Below, piece after piece: positions 54,479 to 64,000 of a stretch of DNA of 64,000 nucleotides. The DNA is from Candidatus Latescibacterota bacterium (GTDB lineage: Bacteria; Latescibacterota; UBA2968; UBA8231). Position 1 is the first letter of the stretch. Each line of letters opens with the position of its first letter. A program made the position numbers and the translations under genes. The DNA lies in the NCBI GenBank assembly GCA_965215195.1, contig CBDCDC010000002.1, positions 448,001 to 512,000 of the forward strand, in the 5' to 3' direction. The notes below the pieces were generated by a model, which did not search any database, was not told the origin of the DNA, and worked only from the letters and a program-made list of their open reading frames with translations.

Positions 54479-55338
54479 AGGTGCTGCGCATCGCCTTGGT
54501 CGGGGGCTACTTCTGCGCGGCCATGCTGCCGCTTTTGTGGCTCTTGCTGACCTCGTTTAAGACGCGGGACGACAGCATTGCCGTGCATCCCAAGTTCGCG
54601 CCCACTTGGGCCGGTGAGGTCGCGGCCGACGGGGTCTACTTCCGCGCCAATCTCGATGGCTACCGCCAACTGGCCGCAGTGTACGCCGGCCGGGATCGCG
54701 CCTTTTTCCACTACTTGGGCAACAGCTTGGTCATTGGCCTGCTCAGCACCTTGTGCTCGGTGCTGATCGGCACCTGCGCGGCCTATGGCTTTAGCCGCTT
54801 TGCCATCCCCGGGGGGCGCGACTGGCTGTTCTTCATCCTCTCGACGCGCTTTTTGCCGCCCCTCGCCGTGGTGGTGCCGGTGTTGATGATGTATCGCGAA
54901 TTCGATCTCCAGAACAGCCACTTGGGTTTGGTGCTGCTGTACACGGCGTTCAACATGTCGCTGGCCGTGTGGCTGATGAAGGGCTTTATCGACGAAATCC
55001 CCACGGCGTACGAAGAGGCCGCGCTGGTGGCTGGCTATACCCGCTTCCAAGCCTTCCGCTTGGTCGTGCTGCCGCGGGCCGTGCCCGGGATGGCGGTAAC
55101 GGCGGTGTTCTGCCTGATCTCGGCGTGGAACGAGTACGGGTTTGCCATGACGCTCAACAATCAACAGGCCGTTACGGTGCCGGTGTATTTCGCTGGTTTG
55201 CAGGGCAATGTGTCGGGCTTGCCGTGGGCGCAGATCAGCGCGGGGATGCTCGTTTTTGTCGCGCCGATCATCGCGTTCACGGTGTTGGTGCGCAAGCATT
55301 TGCTGCGCGGCGTTACTTTTGGGACCATCAAGCGATGA
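54475..55338 (+). CDS. Sugar ABC transporter permease
   Basis: 'EEAALVAG', 'AWNEY', 'LLRGVTFG'. Confidence 0.9.
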   Translation: MKVLRIALVGGYFCAAMLPLLWLLLTSFKTRDDSIAVHPKFAPTWAGEVAADGVYFRANLDGYRQLAAVYAGRDRAFFHYLGNSLVIGLLSTLCSVLIGTCAAYGFSRFAIPGGRDWLFFILSTRFLPPLAVVVPVLMMYREFDLQNSHLGLVLLYTAFNMSLAVWLMKGFIDEIPTAYEEAALVAGYTRFQAFRLVVLPRAVPGMAVTAVFCLISAWNEYGFAMTLNNQQAVTVPVYFAGLQGNVSGLPWAQISAGMLVFVAPIIAFTVLVRKHLLRGVTFGTIKR

Positions 55339-55499
55339 TCCGGTGGTTGGATCGCTGTGCGCTTGTGGGCATGGTCGCCGGGGTGGGGTTGATGTTGCAG
55401 CCGTTTTGGGGCCAAGGGCTGCGCTATGGATTCTTTGCCACCGCGCTGTGTACCATCCTGCACATTGTCACTTCGCATTGGCAGTTCGAAAAGCCATGA
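55335..55499 (+). CDS. Small two-TM membrane protein within the ABC operon
   Basis: MIRWLDRCALVGMVAGVGLMLQPFW..HIVTSHW; ATGA overlaps at both ends. Confidence 0.7.
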   Translation: MIRWLDRCALVGMVAGVGLMLQPFWGQGLRYGFFATALCTILHIVTSHWQFEKP

Positions 55500-56656
55500 G
55501 CTTTCTCGTCTGTGAGGGCTTGACCAAGACCTATGCCGACGGCACTTGCGCCGTCCGCGGCATTGATTTGCGCTGCGACGCGGGCGAGTTCGCCGTGCTG
55601 TTGGGGCCTTCTGGGTGCGGCAAGACGACGACGCTGCGGATGGTCGCCGGCCTCGAAAAGCCGACGGCCGGGCAGATTGTGCTGGCCGGCGCGGACATCA
55701 CCAGTTGCTCGCCGGCCGAGCGGGACGTGGGGTTCGCGTTTCAGTTTTACGCGCTCTATCCGCACCTGAAGGTCGAGGACAATATCGGCTTTCCGCTGGA
55801 GAGCATGGGGTTGAGTCGTCGGGAACGCCGGCAGCGGGTGACCGACATTGTCGAGCGGTTGGGGCTGGGGGCGTTGGTCGGGCGCTATCCTCGGCAGCTA
55901 GCGGGGGGCGATCAGCAGCGGGTGGCCTTGGCGCGAGCTATGGTGCGGCGGCCCCAGCTCTACCTGATGGACGAGCCTTTGGGTACGCTTGACGCGGACT
56001 TGCGGCGGGAGATGCGAGAGATGATCCGCGCCCAACAGCTCGACACTCGGATCGCTACCTTGTATGTGACCCACGATCAAGAGGAGGCCATGACCTTGGC
56101 CGATCAAGTGGTGGTCATGGACGAGGGCCGGATTCGCCAGAGCGGGGCCGCGGCCTTGGTGTACGACCAGCCGGCCGATTTGTTTGTGGCGCGCTTTATC
56201 GGCAGTCCCAGCATGAACTTCATCAGCGGGGAAGTCCGCGAGGGCTGCTTTTCCGCGCCCGGGTTGGTCTGGCCGCTGGCCGAGCGGGTGCGCCCGGGAC
56301 CGGCGACGCTGGGGGTGCGGCCGGAGTTCGTGCGGCCGGCCGCCACAGCCCGGCTGCGGGCCGAGGTGGTGCGCGACGAATACCAAGGCGCGTGCCGCCA
56401 CATCCACTTGCAGGCCGAGTGCGGTCGGCTGGTCATGCGGGTGGCCGCTCGGGAGCGGTTGACCGTGGGTGCGGCCTTGGGCTTGGACTTTGCCCGGGTG
56501 CTGTTGTTCGACCCGACGAGCGGCAAGCGGATCTCAGACCCAACCGCCGCAAAACCCGTCGCCGACGAGGTGCCCTTCTGCGCGTTTGAGGGACTGCCCG
56601 CGCCGGTCAATGCCGCCGCGCCCGCTTCTCGGCCCATGGCCAGGCGCAGCCGATAG
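55496..56656 (+). CDS. Sugar ABC transporter ATP-binding protein
   Basis: Start MSFLVCEG; GPSGCGKTT, DEPLGTLD; unusual C-terminal extension. Confidence 0.88.
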   Translation: MSFLVCEGLTKTYADGTCAVRGIDLRCDAGEFAVLLGPSGCGKTTTLRMVAGLEKPTAGQIVLAGADITSCSPAERDVGFAFQFYALYPHLKVEDNIGFPLESMGLSRRERRQRVTDIVERLGLGALVGRYPRQLAGGDQQRVALARAMVRRPQLYLMDEPLGTLDADLRREMREMIRAQQLDTRIATLYVTHDQEEAMTLADQVVVMDEGRIRQSGAAALVYDQPADLFVARFIGSPSMNFISGEVREGCFSAPGLVWPLAERVRPGPATLGVRPEFVRPAATARLRAEVVRDEYQGACRHIHLQAECGRLVMRVAARERLTVGAALGLDFARVLLFDPTSGKRISDPTAAKPVADEVPFCAFEGLPAPVNAAAPASRPMARRSR

Positions 56657-56781
56657 CTTGCGCTTGGCCCGATTCTTTTTCAGCATACGCTTTCTCATCG
56701 GAGTCAAATCCCACGCCGCCGCGTTAGTAAGCGACTTCTTGCGCACGGTCGATATTTCCAACGAAGCGAACGCATGCTAAG

Positions 56782-57810
56782 ATGTCTTGGTTGCAGCTAA
56801 AAGGGGTGGCGCGGCGCTTTGGCAAGGCCGAGGTCCTGTGTGGCATCGACCTGTCGCTGGGGGCCGACGAGATGCTGGTGGTGCTGGGGCCGACCGGCGC
56901 GGGCAAGACCACGCTGCTGCGGATCGTCGCCGGGTTGGATGCGCCCGACGCCGGCCGGGTCGAGATGGGCGGCGAGGAGGTGACGCAGTGGCCGCCAGCC
57001 GACCGCGACATTGCGTTTGTCTTTCAGCACTTCGCCCTGTATCCCGACTGGAGTGTGCGGCGCAACTTGGAATTTCCGCTCAAGGCGCCGCGCTGGCGGA
57101 TGGCGAGCGAGAAGCGCGACCGGCGCGTCGGCTGGGCGGCCGAGTTGCTGAGGATTCAGGGGCTGCTCGACCGGCCGGCCGCTCGCCTGTCGGGCGGGGA
57201 GATGCAGCGGGTGGCCATTGGGCAGGCGATTGTGCGGCGGCCGCGGCTGTTTCTGTTTGACGAGCCCCTGACCAATTTGGACGCCAAGCTGCGGGAGGCC
57301 CTCCGCGTGGAGCTGGCCCTGCTGCGGCAGGAGTTGGGCATTCCGGCGATCTACGTGACTCACGACCAGGCCGAGGCCCTGTCCATGGGCGATTCCATGG
57401 CCGTGCTGGCCGAGGGGCGGATTTTGCAGCAGGGCCGCCCGGAGGCCATTTATCGCCGGCCGGTCTCGCCCGTAGTGGCGCGCCAACTGGGGCAACCCGC
57501 GATCAACATCCTCAGGGTGCAGCGGCGCGGGGATGCGTGGGTGAGCGAGACGGGGGAGCGGGTGATGGCGGCAAGGGAAGGGGCTGGCGAGATGTTCTTG
57601 GGGGTGCGGCCGGAGGATGTGGCCGTGCGTGGCGGGGAGGTGCCCGGAAGGGTGCGGTTGGTGGAGGATGCTGGAGCGGTGTTGGTGTTGGTGGTAGAGT
57701 GGGCCGCGGCGTCCATTCACATCATCGCGTCTAAGGAGCGGCGGTTTGCCCCGGGAGAGACCGTGTATCCGCAGATCGACGCGGAGCGGGCGCTGCTGTG
57801 GCCGCGCTAA
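56782..57810 (+). CDS. Sugar ABC transporter ATP-binding protein
   Basis: GPTGAGKTT, LSGGEMQR, DEPLTNLDAKLR. Confidence 0.9.
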   Translation: MSWLQLKGVARRFGKAEVLCGIDLSLGADEMLVVLGPTGAGKTTLLRIVAGLDAPDAGRVEMGGEEVTQWPPADRDIAFVFQHFALYPDWSVRRNLEFPLKAPRWRMASEKRDRRVGWAAELLRIQGLLDRPAARLSGGEMQRVAIGQAIVRRPRLFLFDEPLTNLDAKLREALRVELALLRQELGIPAIYVTHDQAEALSMGDSMAVLAEGRILQQGRPEAIYRRPVSPVVARQLGQPAINILRVQRRGDAWVSETGERVMAAREGAGEMFLGVRPEDVAVRGGEVPGRVRLVEDAGAVLVLVVEWAAASIHIIASKERRFAPGETVYPQIDAERALLWPR

Positions 57811-57825
57811 CAGGAGGGTATATAC

Positions 57826-59724
57826 TTGCGAAATTTGTCGATGTGGAGCGCACTGGGCATTGCGGCGATTGTAGCTTGTGGACAGCAGGAGCCGACCGCC
57901 AAAGAGGAGGCATTGCCGCTGGCTCAGGTGGGCGCAGAGTTGATTACAGATCGGGATATACACTACCTGATCGACCATGTGGCCGAGTGGGCCAAGAGCG
58001 AGCAAGAGGGCGGCGCTAAGGTCCGCGAGTACTTGCGGTCGCTGATCGATCGGGCCCTCATTCTCCGCGAAGCGCGCGCCGGCAAATTGGACCGGAGTCC
58101 GGCGTTTGTCAGGGAGGTGGCGACGGCCCTGCGGCGGCGGCTGATACGAGAGATTGAGCAGCGCGCTGTCGAGGACCAGGTCTCCATTGCCGAGGAGGAA
58201 ATGCAGCGCGTCTTTGCCGATCAGCACTGGGAGCGCTGGATCAAAATAGCCCATATCGTCGTACCCACCCAAGCGCGCGCCGAAGAGGCCATGGCGGCCC
58301 TGCGAAGCGGTACTCCCTTTGAGGAAGTAGCCCGCGAATTTTCGACCCATTCGCGCACGGCCTCGCTCGGGGGCGTGAAACCCCAGTACTACAGCCGCTT
58401 CCACGCCGTTCCACTGGTGCGCGATGTACTCTTTAGTCTCAAAGTAGGGGAAATATCAGAGCCCATAGCCGTCCCTCAGGGCTATGAAATTTTCAAGGTC
58501 TTGGACGAATTGCAGGGGTCTTACGAGCAAACGAGGGAATTTCTCTTTAAGACGCTGGCCCAGGAGCGGTTGGACGCCCGCAGAAAGGCGTATGCGGATT
58601 CGCTGGCCGCGCAGTTCCAATTGACTCCAGAGCCGCACGGCCTAGGCCTGCTGATGGAAATTTTGCGCAGCGGTCGGGAGGATCCGGCGACCGGCAAAAA
58701 GACGTTCCAGATTCCGGAAGGGGCCGCCGAGACGCCCCTCTTCAGGTACGAGGGCGGCCAGATCGGGCTCGGGGAAGCCATATTGCAATCCCCGGTCATT
58801 CGCCAGGGCCGAGACGTATCCGACAGTGCGAGAGTGGCCCATTTTCTGCAACGCGACGTAGTAGTGCCCCAGCTCATGTGGATGGAGGCGGATAAATTGG
58901 AGCTCGACCGCGAACTCGAAGAATGGGTCAAGCGCAAGGAAGAAGAAGTACTGATTGTGACCATGCGCCAAATAGCCACTACTACCGACGAGGAGATAAG
59001 CGAACAAGAGGTACTCGATTATTACGAAAAGACCAAGGATCAGTACCGGACCGCCTCGGAGGTGAGCGTGGTGGAGATCCAGCTCGCTAGCGAGGCCGAG
59101 GCCGAGGCCCTGCTCGCCGAGATTCGCGCCCTCTTCGGCCGGGCTTCCCCTTTGATCGACCTGCTCGATAGGATGAAACAAAAGCAGCAGGCCGGGCGGG
59201 ATATGACTGAGGAAGTGCAGGCGCTGCGGGCGCTGGACGAATGGCTCGGCCAGCGGTTGGACGAACCGGGCGGGATGGAGGCGATCTTGGAGGAAATAGC
59301 CACGGCTGCGAGCGCCAAAGAATTGGCCGAAGAGTACATCATGCGCCAACAGGCCGCTAGCCGCAGCCTGCGTCCGGGCGCTAGTGAAACAGAGGGGCAC
59401 TACCATCTCTACTGGTACGAAACGGCGCGCTTTGGGGCTTTGGTCGCAGCGGCCTTTGAGGGTCCGATCGGTTCGCTGATCGGTCCCATGCAGGTGGGGC
59501 CTTCCCACTCGATCGCCAAAATTCTCAGTCGCAGAGAATCAAAAGCGCGTCCCTTTGCAGAACGCGAACGGAAGATAAGAGCCGATATCCGCAAGGAGCG
59601 AGAGCGAGAATTGTTCGGGCGCTGGTTGCGGGATCTGCGCACCTCGTACGCAGATGAGGTGCGCTATTTCGACGAGAACATCGAAAAGTTGGGTCGGGAA
59701 TGGGTCGCGGAAGGACGCGGCTAA
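57826..59724 (+). CDS. PpiC/parvulin-type peptidyl-prolyl isomerase lipoprotein (SurA/PrsA-like)
   Basis: 'IVAC' lipobox; 'AHIVV..FEEVAREFS..GG..LKVGEISEPI..GYEIFKV'. Confidence 0.8.
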   Translation: MRNLSMWSALGIAAIVACGQQEPTAKEEALPLAQVGAELITDRDIHYLIDHVAEWAKSEQEGGAKVREYLRSLIDRALILREARAGKLDRSPAFVREVATALRRRLIREIEQRAVEDQVSIAEEEMQRVFADQHWERWIKIAHIVVPTQARAEEAMAALRSGTPFEEVAREFSTHSRTASLGGVKPQYYSRFHAVPLVRDVLFSLKVGEISEPIAVPQGYEIFKVLDELQGSYEQTREFLFKTLAQERLDARRKAYADSLAAQFQLTPEPHGLGLLMEILRSGREDPATGKKTFQIPEGAAETPLFRYEGGQIGLGEAILQSPVIRQGRDVSDSARVAHFLQRDVVVPQLMWMEADKLELDRELEEWVKRKEEEVLIVTMRQIATTTDEEISEQEVLDYYEKTKDQYRTASEVSVVEIQLASEAEAEALLAEIRALFGRASPLIDLLDRMKQKQQAGRDMTEEVQALRALDEWLGQRLDEPGGMEAILEEIATAASAKELAEEYIMRQQAASRSLRPGASETEGHYHLYWYETARFGALVAAAFEGPIGSLIGPMQVGPSHSIAKILSRRESKARPFAERERKIRADIRKERERELFGRWLRDLRTSYADEVRYFDENIEKLGREWVAEGRG

Positions 59725-59748
59725 CTCGACGGCCTTTAAGCGTCAAAA

Positions 59749-60849
59749 ATGGATCGAACCGGGATTGGCGGTAAGCTGCTGTTGGCCGTTGCCAGCTTGG
59801 CCATTAGTACGCTCGTCCTAGAAGTCTCTTTTTGGCTCTTCGCTCGGTCCGAGCGAATCTATCCCTTGGTCTATTACGCGACGAGTGATCCGCGCATTGA
59901 CCTGTGGTGCTACGACGAGCACTTTGCGGGTACGCCCGACTGGGATCTGCGACGGGCACACCCGTATGGGAAGTTGACCTATCTGGGCAATGCCAACCAC
60001 GATTCCACCCTCGCCGATCTATCGCCGCTCAAAGTGCCCAATGCCATTGAGATGCGCCGCAACGAAGAACAACTGCGCGAGCGGCCAATGGCTGAGTTCG
60101 ACGCCCAGAGAGCCAAAATCGTCTTGGTGATTGGCGATTCCTTTGGCTTTGGTCAGGGGGTGCGGGTGGCCGAGCGCTTTTCGAATGTCTTGGAGAGCCG
60201 ATTGAAGCGGGAGCGCCCAGCCGAGCGCTATCAGATGTTCAATGCCTGTGTGCCGGGCATGAATATCAAGCGCATCGCCAAGACCATGGAACGCTACGTC
60301 GAGTACTTTGCTCGCGTTGAGCGCGTCGTGTATGCGTTTACCCTAAACGATCCATTTAGGAGCGGGCGTCTGCTGGAGCTGGAAAGGGAACTGGCCGATT
60401 TTATGCACTCGCGGCCTAAGGCCGAGGCCGCCCGATTTATGGCGGGGAGGAACAGCTACGCGCTGCGTTGGTTTGCCGTGCGCTTGCAGAGGAAGCAGGT
60501 CGCCTCGGACACCATTGAGTGGTACCGACAACTCTACAAAAATAACATGGGTTGGACCCTGACCCAGCAGTTGCTGGGCAGGATGCAGAAATCCTGCGCC
60601 GATAAGGGCATTAAATTCTCTGTGGTCGTCTTTCCCGTATTCTACCAACTCGCAGCCTATCCCCTAACAGAGGTACACGAAACGCTCGGGACATTGGCTC
60701 AGCACGAGGGAATACACTGCGTGGATCTCCTCGCTCAATTTGCCGGCAAGGACGCACGGAATTACTGGGTCCACCCGACGGATTTTCATCCCAATAGCCG
60801 AGCGCACCGAGAAGCCGGGGCTTTCCTATACGACGCCATTCCTTGGTAA
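59749..60849 (+). CDS. SGNH/GDSL hydrolase family protein
   Basis: N-terminal TM; 'IGDSFGFG', 'LND', 'DFHPN..H'. Confidence 0.85.
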   Translation: MDRTGIGGKLLLAVASLAISTLVLEVSFWLFARSERIYPLVYYATSDPRIDLWCYDEHFAGTPDWDLRRAHPYGKLTYLGNANHDSTLADLSPLKVPNAIEMRRNEEQLRERPMAEFDAQRAKIVLVIGDSFGFGQGVRVAERFSNVLESRLKRERPAERYQMFNACVPGMNIKRIAKTMERYVEYFARVERVVYAFTLNDPFRSGRLLELERELADFMHSRPKAEAARFMAGRNSYALRWFAVRLQRKQVASDTIEWYRQLYKNNMGWTLTQQLLGRMQKSCADKGIKFSVVVFPVFYQLAAYPLTEVHETLGTLAQHEGIHCVDLLAQFAGKDARNYWVHPTDFHPNSRAHREAGAFLYDAIPW

Positions 60850-61042
60850 AACAGGCCGCTCAGGCGGGAGAATCGGCAAAAAAACCTTGCTTTTAATCCA
60901 TATAGTTTTGTATCCTACTCCCATATTTCACCCCGCGTCTTGTGCCAGAAAGGAGGTATTCCCTTTTCGCCGCAGTAAATCAGTTTAGGGCCTGGGCCGA
61001 GCCCAGACGTGTCGCATTGACCTCAACCTCGGAGTTTAAACC

Positions 61043-61957
61043 ATGAAGAAATTTGCTCTTATTGCTGGAGCTATCTTAATCTCCACTACTTGTTGGGCCC
61101 ATCTACCCGAAGGGTTGGTGAGGCCGGCGGTGCAATTCCCCACCGGACAGACTCCCATCATCGACAGTGACCTCTCCGATTGGGACGTGATTACGGATCC
61201 CTATTTGATCACCCACGAGGATTTGACCGAGACGGTGACCGGATTGGGCACTCAGCGCGATGCCGCGGATTTGGCCCTGCGGGCCTTCGTCGGTTGGAGC
61301 CCGGAGACCAACAAAATCTACATCATGGAAGACCGCTGGGATGACGCCGTCTGGGTGGGCGATCACAGTTGGGAAAACGCCAAAGGCAGTGGCTGCTCGG
61401 CCAATGCCCGCGATTTCTTGGAGATCCAGATCGACGGCGATCACAGCGGCGGTCAGTTCAACTCTTGGAGAGACGAATCCCTGACCCAAGAAGAAAAAGA
61501 CATTCTGCACGGCCAGCAGGCCCAGGGCTACGGTCTGCGCCCGAACGGACGCTACGCGTGGCACAAGACCTACGAGCACGCCTTGCCCCCGTTTGGCGAC
61601 GCGGCCTTTACCTGCACCAGCGGCCCAGGGGAGCCCGGCAACTTCTATGCCGAGTACATGTACACTCCGTGGAACGATCTGCGCTGGACCGACGTACCCA
61701 ACAGCGTCCAGCACATCCTCAAAGAAGGCGAGATCTTCGGTTTCAACTTCACGGTCCTAGATTCGGACGATGGGGGCGGCTACGATGGCTACTGGACCTT
61801 GAGCGGCGACACCAATAGCTGTCACCACGCCGATTTCCTCAGCGACTTTTATCTGAGCCCGGTTGATCCCGACATCGACTGGGCCTCGCAGGTCCGGGGG
61901 GGCACGGCCGTAGAAGAAAAGGGATGGGGCCATATAAAGGCCACCTTTGCCGAGTAA
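61043..61957 (+). CDS. Secreted CBM9-like protein with C-terminal 'TAVE..WGxIK' tail
   Basis: Signal peptide; 'PIIDSDLSDW', 'EIQIDGD', 'GFNFTVLDSD'; ends TAVEEKGWGHIKATFAE. Confidence 0.65.
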   Translation: MKKFALIAGAILISTTCWAHLPEGLVRPAVQFPTGQTPIIDSDLSDWDVITDPYLITHEDLTETVTGLGTQRDAADLALRAFVGWSPETNKIYIMEDRWDDAVWVGDHSWENAKGSGCSANARDFLEIQIDGDHSGGQFNSWRDESLTQEEKDILHGQQAQGYGLRPNGRYAWHKTYEHALPPFGDAAFTCTSGPGEPGNFYAEYMYTPWNDLRWTDVPNSVQHILKEGEIFGFNFTVLDSDDGGGYDGYWTLSGDTNSCHHADFLSDFYLSPVDPDIDWASQVRGGTAVEEKGWGHIKATFAE

Positions 61958-61996
61958 TTGCACTGTGCAGTAAAGGTTTGGCTGCACATGATCGCC

Positions 61997-62039
61997 ATGC
62001 CGCCATGCCGAGAGTTCCCTCTGGCATGGCGGCATTTTT
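61997..62039 (+). terminator. Intrinsic terminator
   Basis: ATGCCGCCATGCC...GGCATGGCGGCAT followed by TTTT. Confidence 0.8.
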
Positions 62040-62065
62040 GTACGCGAAAGGGGCAGGAGGTGCAG

Positions 62066-63811
62066 ATGCGGAGAGATCGTTCAAGCGCGCAGATCTACTG
62101 GCCTCTGCTAGTGCCGCTCTGGTTGGCCTTGGCGGCGACCGCGCAGGCGGCAGATACCCGAGTGATAGGCGGCAGGGCCGGCGGGGAGCGCTGGGAGGAG
62201 CGCGCTGCGGCCGCGCCGATTATTGATTTTACCAGCCGGCCCGGATGGATCTTGCCCAGCTTTATCGATACTACCACCAACATCGCCTTGGGGACTTTGG
62301 CGCGCGGTGGGAGGGTGGTCTCGCCCAATGCCCAAGCCGTCTTGCGGGTCGACAAGGAGACGCTGGCAGCCGGCTTGGAGAGCATGGTAGATGGAGATCA
62401 TCAGACGGCTTTTGAGGTCAAGAACATAACGGCTTCGGGCATTCTCGTGATCTTCGACCTCGGCGCCCGGTTCGGGGTGAATCGCATACGCTTTTTCCCG
62501 CGCACCTCTTTTCCCAATGATTTCATGCGGGGGTATGCGCTCTTCATCAACGACGGTATTTTCGGGGCTGAAATCGTAGCCGAGTCCATCGACGGGCTGC
62601 CGACCAAAAATCTCTTCGCCCAGATAGATCAGCAGACCGGCAATAGCCAGGATACTGTAAACGTGCAGTTTCCCCTGCGCTATGTGCGCTATCTCCTCTT
62701 GCAAGCCACGGACCGATCCAATTGGGAAATTGACGAGATTGAAGTCTTTGGTCGGGGTTTTGTCCCCGAGGCCGACTATTTGTCCCAAGTTTTCGACTTT
62801 GATCGACCCACGCTCTGGGGCCAACTGCACTGGGCCGCCGAGGCCGTGGGGCACCCGGAAAAATCCCGATTTTTCATCCGTACGCGCAGCGGCAGCAGTC
62901 CATCGCCCACAGAGGAGCCGGACGCTTGGAGCTCTTGGTCCGCTCCCTACCTGAGCGGAGATACCCCGATTCTTTCGCCAGCGCCGCGGCAGTACTTCCA
63001 GTTCCGCCTCGATTTTGCAAGCGACGGTCTGGTAGATGGAACCGCAGTGGATTCGCTGGCTTTTGAATTTTCCGCTCCAGTAGCGGAATCCATCGTCGGG
63101 GAAATATGGCCCCAAGATGTCCCGGTGGGGGTGGATACGACCTTTACTTATGTCGTCCAAGTGGTCAATGGTCGAGGTTTCGACCGCTTGGAAATCGACA
63201 GCTCGGTTCCGGTGCGCACGGTTCGGTCGCTGCACCTTGACGACGAAGAAGTGGAGAATTTCGTCGCCGAGCCGCACGCGAGCGGCCTTGCAGTGACCTT
63301 TCCGCGCCAGAGTGGCAGCCGCGACCTGCGGGTGGTTTTCGACGCGGCGATTTTGCGCTACGAGACGGTTTTTAGCGGGCGCCTGCGCGACAGCGAGTCG
63401 GACGACTTGCCCCAGGAGATTGAAGAAGGAAACGCCGCTGGATCGCTGCTCGGCGACGATCTGAGCGTGAGAGTGCCGCTGGATCGGGCCCCGGTCGTCC
63501 ATCGGGTGATCGTGGCACCCAACCCTTTTACGCCCAATGGAGACGGGATCAACGATCAGACGACCATCAGCTACGATCTACTGCATTTGATAAACGACGT
63601 TCCGGTTTCTTTGCAGGTCTATGACCTAGCCGGAAAACAAGTAGCGGAATTGCCGGTGGAGAGCAACCAGAGTGGGCGTCATCTGGTGCATTGGAACGGC
63701 CAGAATGCCCAAGGTCGCTATCTGCCGCCGGGACTGTACGTCTTGCAGGTGAAAGTGGCAACGGACAGCGGCGCGGTGAGCCGCAGCAGTTTTGTCGCAA
63801 TCGTCTATTAG
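62066..63811 (+). CDS. Secreted protein with discoidin-like region and C-terminal FlgD-Ig tail
   Basis: AGGAGG RBS; signal peptide; 'FDLGARFGVNRIRFFPR', 'PNPFTPNGDGIND', 'WNG..LPPGLY'. Confidence 0.8.
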   Translation: MRRDRSSAQIYWPLLVPLWLALAATAQAADTRVIGGRAGGERWEERAAAAPIIDFTSRPGWILPSFIDTTTNIALGTLARGGRVVSPNAQAVLRVDKETLAAGLESMVDGDHQTAFEVKNITASGILVIFDLGARFGVNRIRFFPRTSFPNDFMRGYALFINDGIFGAEIVAESIDGLPTKNLFAQIDQQTGNSQDTVNVQFPLRYVRYLLLQATDRSNWEIDEIEVFGRGFVPEADYLSQVFDFDRPTLWGQLHWAAEAVGHPEKSRFFIRTRSGSSPSPTEEPDAWSSWSAPYLSGDTPILSPAPRQYFQFRLDFASDGLVDGTAVDSLAFEFSAPVAESIVGEIWPQDVPVGVDTTFTYVVQVVNGRGFDRLEIDSSVPVRTVRSLHLDDEEVENFVAEPHASGLAVTFPRQSGSRDLRVVFDAAILRYETVFSGRLRDSESDDLPQEIEEGNAAGSLLGDDLSVRVPLDRAPVVHRVIVAPNPFTPNGDGINDQTTISYDLLHLINDVPVSLQVYDLAGKQVAELPVESNQSGRHLVHWNGQNAQGRYLPPGLYVLQVKVATDSGAVSRSSFVAIVY

Positions 63812-63829
63812 CACCACACGGGGGGCCAT

Positions 63830-64000
63830 ATGACCAGATGGAGTGCGCGTCCGAGCCGGCAGCTTCTCCTCGCAGCAGCAGGTATCGCACTGTTGCTGAG
63901 TCTTGCAGCAGTACCCGACCGAGCCGTAGCCCAAGGACTTGATTATGGCCACAGATTGGGCCTGCAGCGCGGCGGCGAGGTCTCGTACGAACCAGTGGGC
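63830..64000 (+). CDS. Secreted protein (5' part only; truncated by the window edge)
   Basis: MTRWSARPSRQLLLAAAGIALLLSLAAVPDRAVAQGLDYGHRLGLQRGGEVSYEPVG; signal peptide. Confidence 0.65.
   Translation, partial: MTRWSARPSRQLLLAAAGIALLLSLAAVPDRAVAQGLDYGHRLGLQRGGEVSYEPVG

Overview
GC-rich bacterial chromosome segment. Many secreted proteins carry a FlgD-Ig ('PNPFN') tail or a 'WGxIK' tail, which suggests an FCB-group, Latescibacterota-like organism (inference). From left to right: ccsA-like/hemA; two heme-c + copper type II (PHM/DBH-like) monooxygenase proteins around an ECF sigma/anti-sigma/Spy cluster with a visible autoregulatory promoter motif; an array of four mosaic FG-GAP/FlgD proteins (A-B-B-A) interleaved with a sigma54-driven cassette for a small secreted 8-Cys peptide (one intact copy, one in-frame-deleted copy); a polyamine-type ABC transporter with GGT; ltaE, a YyaL-type fusion, an acyl-CoA synthetase and a DUF3179 protein; an ABC-2/TolC/NEW3 export system under two duplicated sigma54 promoter-enhancer blocks; sugar-acid catabolic genes; a fused methyltransferase-BsuBI/PstI restriction gene; HigBA and VapBC; a sugar ABC transporter; a PpiC chaperone, an SGNH hydrolase and further secreted proteins. 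The best candidate for an undescribed system is the sigma54-controlled Cys-rich peptide + FG-GAP array, possibly co-regulated with the TolC/ABC exporter through a shared TGCG-N9-CGCA box. No rRNA, tRNA, CRISPR array or transposase was seen. Product calls rest on motifs recognised by eye, without database searches.
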